From NCBI GenBank assembly GCA_946965045.2, contig OX337240.1:310001-374000 (forward strand): 64,000 bases of DNA, in the 5' to 3' direction. The stretch comes from Epithemia pelagica (Eukaryota; Protista; Bacillariophyta). The position numbers were made by a program, and so were the translations under genes. The notes beneath the pieces are model-generated. The model was not told the origin of the DNA, searched no databases, and saw only the letters and a list, made by a program, of their open reading frames with translations. How positions within the stretch are numbered: position 1 is the stretch's first letter; each line of letters starts with the position of its first letter. This document shows, piece after piece, positions 46,988 through 57,444 of this stretch.

Positions 46988-48066
46988 TTTTTCCCTGGTG
47001 GAGTATCTTGTCGTTGTCGTCAAGAACGTCTAATACTAGAAATGGAATAGACAATGTGTGCGTCTTTGGCGCTTGTCGTTTAGTGTTGTTTTTCCAGAGC
47101 GAGAAGGAGAGAGAGAGTTTAGACTACTTCGTCGTTTGCGTGTCTTGTCTCGTCGCATTGGACAACTGCTGGTCGAACAAATTGTTCCATACGTCTGATG
47201 TCTTAGTGTTGTTTTTTGCATTTTGGTTTTTGTGAGGGGCCTTTTGTGCGTTTTGTGCGTTCTTGACCTCCCCCCGGGAGATTCGGATTTAAAGCGACTG
47301 GAACTTATACTTCGAATCCTCGCCCCTTTTAACGCCCCTTCTTCTTCCTCTCCTTCCCCACCATCTCTCTTGCTCTAAACCCCCTTTTCCTTTTTACTTT
47401 TCTCAGGGTCCCAGGCTGTCCCTTGACCAACCCCCAAGCGCCGGGCGAGTATTGAGTCGCACGTAAAAAGGGCTATTTTTCTCCGACTCAGGCGGGATTC
47501 AAAACTCACCCGGCGCTTGGGGGTACAAGCTGAGTTCAGGGAGTGTGTTCCTGTCGTAGACTCCTGTAGAATTTGTACCAGAGGAGTAATCCTGGAAAGC
47601 GTTCTGCGTTATTAGCGTCCGACTAGCGACTTCCTAGTGGCTGAAATAAATATTTTATGAACTTTAGTGTTATGTGTGATTTCTTCCGAACGCTAGATTT
47701 TCATCAAAAATTACGAAAAAACAGTCGACTGTGTTGACCATGGTGGAGGGCCACCCCATCCGTTCGAGATGTTGCGGAGCTGCATCCAGGTGCCTTAGGG
47801 TGTTATTCGACCACCACCAATGGGGCAACAGCTCAAACGGTTGGCATCATCCACAACAACATGATCATCGGATGCACCCCACGCACGATAGTCTCGTACA
47901 AAACAAAGTTTTTCTGGGGGAACGCGAGATTGTCGAGTTTCGGAAGCACTTTGCACAACAGAGGCATAATTATAAGGGCTATATTAACAAAGATGGCTGG
48001 CGCGTATTACGTAGATTTCCCACTGGAGCGCTACGACAGGAACATTCTGTCTGAACTCAGCTTGTA

Positions 48067-48671
48067 AGGGCTGGGTAAGCCGATCCATGTTCGGCTAAGT
48101 AGGCTCAGTACATTAAGCTACGTAGTACTATTTTCATCACTGTAACAAGTGGGGCGAATGGTCACAAATCGAAAACATGGCGCCACGAGAAACAATGCAA
48201 TCCGGAAGCCACCATTAGACAATGGTCGAAGCCATCACCCCCATGGCAATAACTTCCTCAATAATAGAGCTTGACTCGACCGCTTTGACCATTTGATTAT
48301 TTACTACTAGAGTGACTATGCTTTCAATTCGGTCGAGTCAGCATTGAAAAATGAGTGAGTTAGGAAGGTTTTTGGAATACATCACCAAAGAAAAATGAGT
48401 ATACCTTTTGATCCAACGCGACAAATCTTCTGTAGCTGCAGAACGCAGTAATACTAGCAAACCCAAACAACTTACAGTAGTCGGATGTTGATGCGATGCA
48501 TGAGTGAATGCATACGGCATCACCGGATCTCGCCGTCATCGTGGAGTGTTTTTGCATTTTTTCGGACTTCCCACCATTTCAGGTATGACGTGTACTATGG
48601 GATTTTATGTACACTACGTAGCTTTTGTACTGAACCTACTTAGCCGAACATGGATCGGCTTACCCAGCCCT
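48067..48671. mobile_element. MITE, family 1, intact (605 bp)
   Basis: TIRs are perfect for the first 37 bp (AGGGCTGGGTAAGCCGATCCATGTTCGGCTAAGTAGG) and imperfect to ~60 bp. TA flanks both ends. Confidence 0.9.
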
Positions 48672-49067
48672 TATCTACAATATCCCTTGACCTCATAAAC
48701 CGAAACATGACACGTCATCATTTTGCCTCATATATCCGGGTACTGGGGTGTTTCAGGTTTTGTTTCAACTGTTGCCAACAAAAATCGAACCCTTCACAAA
48801 ATCCAAAACGCAAAAAAACAACACTAAGACAAAAACCATGGCGATTTGTTTCACCAGCAGCACACGTCAATGATTGTGGCGAGAGAAGAAAGGCAAACCA
48901 CGCAGTAGTCTGAACGCTCTATTCCTCGCTCTATGGGAAAACAACACTAAAGCGAGAAACACACAAGGAATTACAACATATATCCATTGCATTTTTGGAA
49001 CGACGACAACGCGTAGCTTTATCCTCTCGACAACAACAAACGACGAGATACTTTCAAGTACATAAAG

Positions 49068-50888
49068 ATGACGATGACTGTGATGCACTTGAAACGTCTG
49101 CTGCCGAAACTTACTCCTAGCAACATCCAGATGAAGACGACGACTGCTGTCGAAGGTCTCCTCCGGATTCGGACCAAGGCAACCACGACCACTGCTGCCG
49201 CAACGACAACGACATCCTCGTCTTGTCCTTTCTCGGGTGCCAATTCCACAACGACAACCCCCAGTCAAGGTCGTGCCGCTTCCACCGCTGCAAACCTTCC
49301 AGAGACGTCCCATCATGACATCAACGAGACGGTCCCCCAATTGGTTCAGGTTCCGAAATTGCCCATTCTGGGGAGTACGATTCCTCAGTATTCCAATACT
49401 CCGGACTTTATGCAGCTTGACTTTTGGCCCAAGATGCGCAAACAATTTGGAGACTTTTATTCCTTTGGTTTGCCTGGGATGGGTGTCGACATCTACGGCA
49501 CATGCTACGTCATCCAAGATCCCCACGTCATGGCTCAGTTGATTCGACATGAGGGCCAATTTCCCAGTGGCAGCACGGAAACTAGTTTTTGTCTTCACAA
49601 GTATTATCACGATCGCAACCGTCTGGCTCAACACTTTTTTACAGAAGCGGGTCCGGAATGGAAACGGTTGCGACAATTTGTCCAGACCGACATGATGTCA
49701 CCGGTCAGCAGTGAACGATATTTGCCGGCTATTTGTCAAGCCGCGCGTATGGACGCTCAAGGGGCACCATCCTATCGTGAAGACATGAACAAATTCTTGG
49801 TCCATGTCTCCTGTGATATGGTCTTCAACGTCTTGATTGGATCCTCGACCAGCATTGTCGATCCCACGGTGGACACCAAACCCGAAGCTAGGGCCTTCTG
49901 TCATCACATTTCCACGGCCTTCAAGAAAAACAGTGAGTTGCAGCTGAGCTTGTGGGATGCTCTTCTCATCAAGAAGTTCAATATAAGTACCAAGAAATAC
50001 AAGGTCTTTGAAGAAAACTTTCATGCTGCCGACATCTACGCTCAGGACAAAGTTCGCGACTTGATAAAGAAACCAAAAAATGAACAGACGGAATTCGAGC
50101 GCAATAGTTATGCCATGGCCGCCTTTGAACGAATGCAAAACGAAACTAACCAGGACTCTCAACTGACCACGAAGCAAATCCAGTGCATTGTACCATTTTT
50201 CATGGCGGCTGGCGTCGATACGACGGCCAACAATGCGTCGTGGAAGATCTTGCATATGGCCTTGTCGCCCGAGGCACAAGAACGTGTCTATCAAGAACAG
50301 TTACAATTCCATGGTGGACCACCAGAGACCTTGCAAGTAACACCCAACTCGGTCTTGCCGCGCAATGCACCTTTTCTGCATGCCTGTATTCGCGAAAGTC
50401 ATCGATTGGCCAATCCAGCCGCTCTCCTTCCGAATAGACGCTTCGCCAAACCGGTGAACATTTTTGGCGTTGAATTGCCACCACGCACTACTGTGATTTT
50501 GGATGGCTACTCGACTGGTATCGACCCTCGTTATTGGGACGATGAAGAAGATGCCATGGCCTTTAAGCCCCAACGCTTTTTGAAAGACGCTGTCCAAGCC
50601 CGCAAGGATACACCCGCCGCAGTGGTCGATCATACCTTTTTCTCAGGGCCCTTTTCACAAGGTGCTCGACGATGTCCAGGCAGTCGTGTCGCCAACTTGG
50701 AATTGGCTACCTTGTTGGCCAATCTCGTCGTTCAATGGGAGTTCTCCGTCGCACCCGATCCTGAAACAGGGAAGATGCCCTATACGCACTGGTCGCAAGT
50801 TCCGTATGGATTGGAAACCATCAACACCTCGTATTTACCAGCGATGGACTTTGTGCCCCGACGACACGGGAATTCCACCTTCGTGTAA
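49068..50888 (+). CDS. Cytochrome P450 (mitochondrial-clan-like), paralog 5
   Basis: FMAAGVDTT, ESHR, FKPQRF, FSQGARRCPG. Confidence 0.95.
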   Translation: MTMTVMHLKRLLPKLTPSNIQMKTTTAVEGLLRIRTKATTTTAAATTTTSSSCPFSGANSTTTTPSQGRAASTAANLPETSHHDINETVPQLVQVPKLPILGSTIPQYSNTPDFMQLDFWPKMRKQFGDFYSFGLPGMGVDIYGTCYVIQDPHVMAQLIRHEGQFPSGSTETSFCLHKYYHDRNRLAQHFFTEAGPEWKRLRQFVQTDMMSPVSSERYLPAICQAARMDAQGAPSYREDMNKFLVHVSCDMVFNVLIGSSTSIVDPTVDTKPEARAFCHHISTAFKKNSELQLSLWDALLIKKFNISTKKYKVFEENFHAADIYAQDKVRDLIKKPKNEQTEFERNSYAMAAFERMQNETNQDSQLTTKQIQCIVPFFMAAGVDTTANNASWKILHMALSPEAQERVYQEQLQFHGGPPETLQVTPNSVLPRNAPFLHACIRESHRLANPAALLPNRRFAKPVNIFGVELPPRTTVILDGYSTGIDPRYWDDEEDAMAFKPQRFLKDAVQARKDTPAAVVDHTFFSGPFSQGARRCPGSRVANLELATLLANLVVQWEFSVAPDPETGKMPYTHWSQVPYGLETINTSYLPAMDFVPRRHGNSTFV

Positions 50889-51365
50889 AATTCAAGAACA
50901 TTCATTGCTTGTTCGGAATGATGCTACAAGAGCGTATCCGTACAACAAATGAGATACATATATCAAGAACCCAGCTGCATATAGAGCATAACATATAAAA
51001 CTTTCATCAACGAGTTGGAACATCTTGTGAAATCAGGGTGTCTTCTTGTTGTTTCTTTGTGTTCTCTCTCTAGATACATTCAATTTGCGCGGCTCTGCCT
51101 GTCAACGCTTTCGACAGAAGACCATTCAGAACCCTTCTCTTGTTCATTCTTTTGCCATACGTATCGATCCTGAAAATGGGACGATAATGGGATGATATTC
51201 AAACTCCGCAGGACCAAATTTATCGAAGTCTTGTATCCTCCGGGTGCCCTTTCCGAATATCGGGGTTTTGAAGTGAAAGACCGAGGGCTCGATGTTTTCC
51301 ACCAAAATCTCATGATGGCCGAGCGCTAACGAACCAAAGACAGACAAGGACTGGACCAAAGCATT

Positions 51366-51962
51366 TTGTCCTCGCCTCTGCTGCTCAGCTGTAACGATGA
51401 ATTCTACCATTACATCGCGTGTATTCTTTTCGGTGTGCGGTTCTTGTTCCCTGCGATCCTCTCTTTACTGGTGTCTCTCTTCAACGCCGCCTCTTCCAGT
51501 AAGGGCGCAAGTCGAAAGAGCCACCACCAGCAACGCCGTCCCGCTTGCTTTCTGTGTCAATGCAATTTCCATGACTGGGAAGACACGTCCTGTCGAACCA
51601 CCGGCAGCGACTACAGCCAGTATCTGAAATACCTCGCATGGGGTGCCGGATTGGCCCTTTTCGGGATTGGAGCCTCGGTCTTTGTTCCCTGTGCTGCAGC
51701 GTCCTTGGCTGGGTTTGGAGCCAGCGGCATTGTCGGTGGATCTGCTGCCGCCGCATCTCAAGCGGCCGTGGGAAATATTGCGGCCGGTTCGTTGTTTGCC
51801 TCCTTGCAGAGTTTGGGAGCAACCGGGACCTATATCTCGGGTATGATGTACGGAGGCGCCACTGCCATGGCTGGAGGAGGCACCATGGCCGCTTCCATGA
51901 TATCGAAGGAACAGTGCATGTATTGCATTGTTTGTGGTCGCCCGCTGAATACACCCGAATAA
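51366..51962 (+). CDS. ISG12/IFI6-IFI27 (Ifi-6-16)-like small membrane protein 1; 5' end unresolved
   Basis: LAGFGASGIVGGSAAAASQAAVGNIAAGSLFASLQSLGATG fits the ISG12 motif; C-terminal CIVCGRP. No in-frame ATG precedes the domain. One possible model is ATG 51397 with intron 51499..51620. Confidence 0.75.
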   Translation: MSSPLLLSCNDEFYHYIACILFGVRFLFPAILSLLVSLFNAASSSKGASRKSHHQQRRPACFLCQCNFHDWEDTSCRTTGSDYSQYLKYLAWGAGLALFGIGASVFVPCAAASLAGFGASGIVGGSAAAASQAAVGNIAAGSLFASLQSLGATGTYISGMMYGGATAMAGGGTMAASMISKEQCMYCIVCGRPLNTPE

Positions 51963-52356
51963 TGGGTGCATCGCACAAGCTTCTGAATAAAATGAATCGT
52001 TTGCCTTGTCGTCGTTTGTACTGAACGATACTAAATACTGTAGTTCACGCCCCATTCCGAGTTGCATAAGAACTTTCTGTGTCGTACGTCCATCCGCAAT
52101 CAAAGTGATTCCACCTCGTGCGTGCGATAGAGGTATACGCACACTATACGCACGCAGAGAATACTCTTGTAGAATGGTGACGACACTCAGGAGGAAGAGC
52201 TTTCCAATCCAAATCAATACTATGCACGCAGAGGACAACGAAAAATGGAAATCGTACCAAAGGATCGAGACAGCCCACTCTTGTACCACTCCAAGTCGCT
52301 CATGGTGCACGATCCACAGTCTGCATCTGTGTCCAAAATCGCTTCACTTGGCACAC

Positions 52357-53124
52357 ATGGCGACGCCACCACCACCGCCCTATCCCAGGACTGTCGGGAT
52401 CTGTCATGTCTGTGACCGACCGGTGAATGTGCACGAGCAGGGCGACGATGAAGAATTTCCGCATGAGCCTACAGTCACACTCAAAGTAGCGCCAGAACGA
52501 CTTGCCAGCCGAGATCGACAAGCCCCGCTGAATGTACAACCACAGGGTTCTGATCCTTTTCATAGGAGGGACCAATACCAACCATTCGAAAGCGTTTTGT
52601 CCGAACCACATGACAGACAACGAATTTCCAGTGTATGGGAGGTCCTTGCACTCGTGTGGTGGGCTCTAGTCATGGTGGTCGGACTCCTTGTGTCGGCTAC
52701 ATGTGCCGCAGGCACTCTCTTGGGATTTGAAACCAAGGGCATTGCCTCCGGATCGTGGGCGGCCATGATGCAAGGCCCTCATGTACGCTGCGGTTCCTGG
52801 TTTGCCGTTATGCAAAGTTGGGGAGCAAAAGGCTTGTTTGTCACGGGTATGACGTATGGGAGTGGCCTCACGGTAATTGGTTTGTCCATGGTACTCTCGG
52901 TCCTGTGCGTCCAACAGCACCGCTGCAGCTGCGCCAAACAGATGTCATCCCCCCAACCCAGGCGAAAGTATCGTCTATCTACGGCGGCAATGGTTGACAC
53001 TCCGTCGTTGTTCCGCGAAGAGCCTTTGCCGCAAGGATCAATACATGAAGTAGCATTCATGTCGTGGCATTGTCCTGCCTGTGAACAACCTTGGGAGAAT
53101 GTGTCATCGTTGGGATCGTCGTAA
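52357..53124 (+). CDS. ISG12-like protein 2 (255 aa) with N- and C-terminal CxxC
   Basis: MATPPPPPYP, CHVCDRP, TM, LLGFETKGIASGSWAAMMQGPHVRCGSWFAVMQSWGAKG, TM, HCPACEQPW. Confidence 0.75.
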   Translation: MATPPPPPYPRTVGICHVCDRPVNVHEQGDDEEFPHEPTVTLKVAPERLASRDRQAPLNVQPQGSDPFHRRDQYQPFESVLSEPHDRQRISSVWEVLALVWWALVMVVGLLVSATCAAGTLLGFETKGIASGSWAAMMQGPHVRCGSWFAVMQSWGAKGLFVTGMTYGSGLTVIGLSMVLSVLCVQQHRCSCAKQMSSPQPRRKYRLSTAAMVDTPSLFREEPLPQGSIHEVAFMSWHCPACEQPWENVSSLGSS

Positions 53125-53539
53125 CAGACGGACAAGGTCTCATTGGCAATTGTAACAAGAACTAAGCTTTTATCGCAACGTAACAAAGACGTAGCTCACT
53201 TGTGAAGTAACAAGACGATCTGTAACATCTTTTGCCGTTTTCCTTATAGAAGAGATTGATGTTTTTGTCTCCTTCCCGTCGCTTGTACTGACCGATACTA
53301 AATACTGTAGTTCACATCCCCAGTCCGACTTTCCTGTGCCGTACGTCCATCCGCAATCCAAGTGCGTGAGTGCGTGAGGTATACGCACGCCGAGGATGCT
53401 CTTGGAGAATAATGGTGACGACAGGAGCTTTCCAATCCACATGCACGCAGAGGACAACAATGTACCAAAGGATCGAGACAACACACACTTGCACTCCAGT
53501 TCGCTCATGGTGCTCGATTCACTTTTCAAATCCTCACCA

Positions 53540-54376
53540 ATGCCAAGAGCGCCACCACCACCAACAACAACAACCACATATCCCAGCATGGTTGACATTT
53601 GTCATGTATGTGACCGACCGGTGACTCCTTTCCTTTCGCAAAATGACGACCAAGAAGCACCGCATCCGCATACATACCTACCGGAAGGACGAGAAGAAGT
53701 TGCCGCCGCCGACCGAGATCCACCCGACTTGCTGGATGTCGACCTTCTCGGTCTTTCTCAACCAGTTCCTCCTATTCATGGGAACCAACCACAACTGCGA
53801 GAACCACTTCCAGTCATCCAGGAACACGATGCGAACGGTCCCTCTCGATTCGAGGGTAGTTCGTCCGAGCCCAATACCCAGCAACAAACTCGCACTGTCT
53901 GTTGCGAACGTTTCGCACTCGTTCGGTGGCTGTTAGTGATGGCGGTCGGATTTCTCATGGCGACTGTCAGTGCTGCTGCCACTCTCATTGGATTCGACAG
54001 CCAGGGCATTGCCGCTGGATCCTGGGCAGCCACCATGGAAAATGCTCATGAACGCTCCGGATCCTGGTTTGCCCGTTTGGAATCTTGGGGAGCCCGAGGC
54101 TGGTTTGTTACGGGCATGACGTATGGTATTGTCGTTACCGTAATTGGATTCCTCCTGTATGCGGCTCAACAGCAGCAACCTTGCTGCAGTGACACTCCAC
54201 CAACAGCAGTCAATCTCCACCGACAACAACCACAACATCAACCACAGCAGGTACCAGCATGTACCTATGATCCCCGGGAAAACTACCATCCGCACGAACT
54301 GCCGTCTCATTCCTCGTCGCAATGTCCGGCGTGTCGTCAACCCTGGGAGAGCGTGTCATCAATGGGGTGGTCATAA
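53540..54376 (+). CDS. ISG12-like protein 3 (278 aa) with N- and C-terminal CxxC
   Basis: Tandem paralog of 52357..53124: CHVCDRP, LIGFDSQGIAAGSWAATMENAHERSGSWFARLESWGARG, QCPACRQPW. Confidence 0.75.
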   Translation: MPRAPPPPTTTTTYPSMVDICHVCDRPVTPFLSQNDDQEAPHPHTYLPEGREEVAAADRDPPDLLDVDLLGLSQPVPPIHGNQPQLREPLPVIQEHDANGPSRFEGSSSEPNTQQQTRTVCCERFALVRWLLVMAVGFLMATVSAAATLIGFDSQGIAAGSWAATMENAHERSGSWFARLESWGARGWFVTGMTYGIVVTVIGFLLYAAQQQQPCCSDTPPTAVNLHRQQPQHQPQQVPACTYDPRENYHPHELPSHSSSQCPACRQPWESVSSMGWS

Positions 54377-55194
54377 CAAAAAGACAGGAGTGTTTAGTAT
54401 CATAGCAAGCAAGTTGTTGTACCATCCTTTCGAATACCATTGCGTCTTTTTGTCCTCGAAACAATCATGGCGAGCTTTTCTTCATATAACTTTAGATGCA
54501 TCGACTCTCTTGTTTTCCCACGCCACAATGGTCATATATCGTCCATCGACAAAAACAGGAACGATGAATGGTTCCAGAATCTTTGGTTCCAACTATACCA
54601 CATGCTTCGTGCTTCTCTTGGTAGGTAAAAACAAGTATAACTACTCATGTAGCATTGAAAGGTGATGCGTCGGTTACAACGACGACACGATCTGCTACCT
54701 CCGTTCTACGGAAAATGGTGTGGCATTGTTCAACGGCAGGATGCACCATTGTCCGTGCGTCATGGTCCCTGCTTTTAGGCTAGAGGAAAACTTGTAGCGC
54801 ACCAATGAATAGCTACTCCTATATAGGAGAAGTATGTGTACTCTTTTGTTTATATATGGGGTATTGTAGATATTATTGTATTCCTCAGTAGGACTATACG
54901 ACTTCTTTTGTATTGTACTCCTCCAACTCTGATTCTGACGTGGTACGTGGTTCAATCCGTTCCCGCTTCCAACTCCAGCGGCGGGACTTGATTCCATAGT
55001 ACAGGAAGAGGCATGCTCTCCCATAAGTACTCCTATTGTACACTAGAATAAAACTATCAGGAACGCGGGGCGAACCCCAGAGATTGTAGGGTCAATCGAT
55101 CACTATTATTTTTATTTTTTCCAGCAACGTGTGTCATTTACAACTGCGAGAACAAGGAGGTTCCTCTTCCGTTCATCGAGTTGCACCTCAAGAG

Positions 55195-57079
55195 ATGGCT
55201 GGATCAACCATAATGGTAGCGTCGTGGATTTTGATCTTTTCGGTCCTTTCTTTGGCAAAGGCTGTGGATGTGGATCTCCAGGCCACTCTTTGTACTTCCC
55301 TTGACATCTCCTCGGGTCAACAAACGCAAGCTTCCTTTGACCAATCCAGTTGTGCGGATTCATCGAGTCGAACCAAATGGGAAGAATACATTTGTTCACT
55401 TCCACCCAAGGCCGAAATTCAAGACGCTTGTTGGCCGGGAATATACCGCACCACGGATGGAACATTCGCCAACGCGGTGGCTAGTCAAGACTTGATTGTG
55501 GTCTTTCACGGCTTTTCCTCATGCCCCGGTACGATTGAACCACTGATCAACATGGCTCTCCAACACAACATGGATATCATGGTCCCCTTGCTTCCGGGTC
55601 ATGGATTCAAAGCCGGTGAATGCGTCACCAATGAGGCCTCGCGTCACATTCCCAATCGATGCGCTGGAAACGAACGATCGGATGAGAGCATGCCGACAAG
55701 CCGTCAAGGGTACGTAGACTGGGTCGGCATGGTGAATGACATGGTGATTGATGAAGTTTGCCGCCATGGATATCAGCGCGTGCACACTGTGGGACTTTCC
55801 ATGGGTGCCCCACTCGCATCGTATGCCATTAATACTGCACCACCTGGTATGTACTCGCGCTTGTTTATGATCAACCCAATCTTTGGAGCTTCCTATCCAG
55901 CGGGTGATAAGGCGTTCATGGCATGTCAACTCGCCGGAAACGACAATTGCGTCACCAAAGTGTTGGCCAATGTGGTCAATGGTGCTGTGGGTGGCTCCGA
56001 GGAAATTGCTGAACTCATGGCCGGCAAATTGGACTTTACCTTTGATCAAATGGCTGGTCTCCTAACAGCTTTTATGGGCGACCAAGTCAAATTATTTAGT
56101 GACCTTTCAGACGAGGAAAAGTACATTGGCTTGAACTACCTTGCCAGACGAATGATGTACATGCTTGGTGAAAAACCAAATGAACTATGGCCCGTCCTCA
56201 AGATTGCCCTGGAAAATGCCGTGGTTGAAAACGAGGCCGAATGTTTTGATAGTCAGTCCTTGGGTAGAGGCGGTTACTGTATGGGACGACTTCAAACTAT
56301 TTTGTCCGTGCATTCCTTTGGTCAAATGGCGCTTCGGACGCTCGGCAAGGCCACTTCGTCACAACCCACCGGTGGGTCACCACTGAAACGGATTCCGTGA
56401 ATCAAAATACCATGAACGTCGGACAGGCGGCCTACCTTCTCGGCCAAAAAGCCACTGATGGCTATCAGTGCATGTTTCGTTCCGTTTGTCAAGCCAAGGA
56501 TCGCTTTCCAGCGGTTCTCAATACATGTATGGTGCCCCACTACTTGTTTTCTCGTCGTGAAGCTACACTTCACAAACAGAGCATCGACGCGGGAGAAGGA
56601 GGATTATGGCTTGGCAATACCATTGATGGTCTTGTCGAAGGTATGGCCATGTTCTTCAAGAATGGAGTGGCGTATGGAACAGATACATCCGGCAGAGAAT
56701 TTCCGTCGGTTCTGAAGATCGAAGCATTTGTCAACTTCTCCCCGTAGGCGCGGGCGTGGACGTTCTGGAGGAAAGCGGTCTCATCTTAAACCGTCCACAA
56801 GGTTTGTGGTGTTGGTTCGAACGCGAACGATTCATGGCAGGGTTCCACGAATATACCGAATTGTTGGTTGTGCATGCCATTGAAAAAGAGGTGGGCGTAA
56901 AAAAGGGACAAGTTCATGTCGTGGAGGGCTTTGCCGGACTGAACGGTACCGGCAATCCCTGGGTGTATATTGAAGTTCCAAAGGAAGCAAATTACCGGCG
57001 GCTCACAGAGATTTCGAGCATTGCGGGTTTCCCACTCGCTGGAGTGGAAATTGCTGGAGAAGTGGCCCCCATCAGTTAG
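55195..57079 (+). CDS. Secreted alpha/beta-hydrolase (esterase/lipase-like); two one-base frameshifts as assembled
   Basis: Signal peptide, VVFHGFSSCP, VPLLPGHG and nucleophile elbow GLSMG. The frameshift at ~56714 is confirmed by the paralog (EDRSICQ.LPVG); the one at ~56365 is inferred. Confidence 0.75.
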
Positions 57080-57444
57080 ATACAGCGAATTCACTAGCTT
57101 GCGTTCTTGTTCTGGAACGCGGAATCAAATTTTGTGATCATGCCGTTGGATACACCAAGAGCTTTGGATAGACCGACAGATAGCCTTCCTTTAAACTATG
57201 GTACCTGGAAGTAGGCGATCCACCAGTTCGGGGCCATCCGCAAACCATAGGTGAACTGATTGGACAAGACGGCTTATAGGCTCCATAATTTCAATGGGCT
57301 ATATAGTAGGACGGCAGACTTTCAATATCTTGAAGCTCTAGAAGGGTCCCTTGTTTCACAAAACCAGAAAAGCAATCATATTGTACTGCCAACAGACATG
57401 GTCATGTCACACCGTCAATGTCATCGAGTACACTCTCTCACTTT

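Larger units (their letters stand above)
45045..50985. repeat. Inverted duplication: arms ~45045..47240 and ~48790..50985 with a ~1.5 kb spacer
   Basis: The 3' flanks (ttcttgatatatgtatctcatt / aatgagatacatatatcaagaa) and 5' flanks (cttagtgttgttttttgc / gcaaaaaaacaacactaag) are reverse complements. Confidence 0.9.

Noticed and set aside
52006-52356. N-terminal ORF extensions of ISG12-like genes 2 and 3 (from 52006 and 53396)
   Set aside because: The homologous upstream DNA differs by an 11-nt indel, so the frame is not conserved; treated as UTR/promoter.
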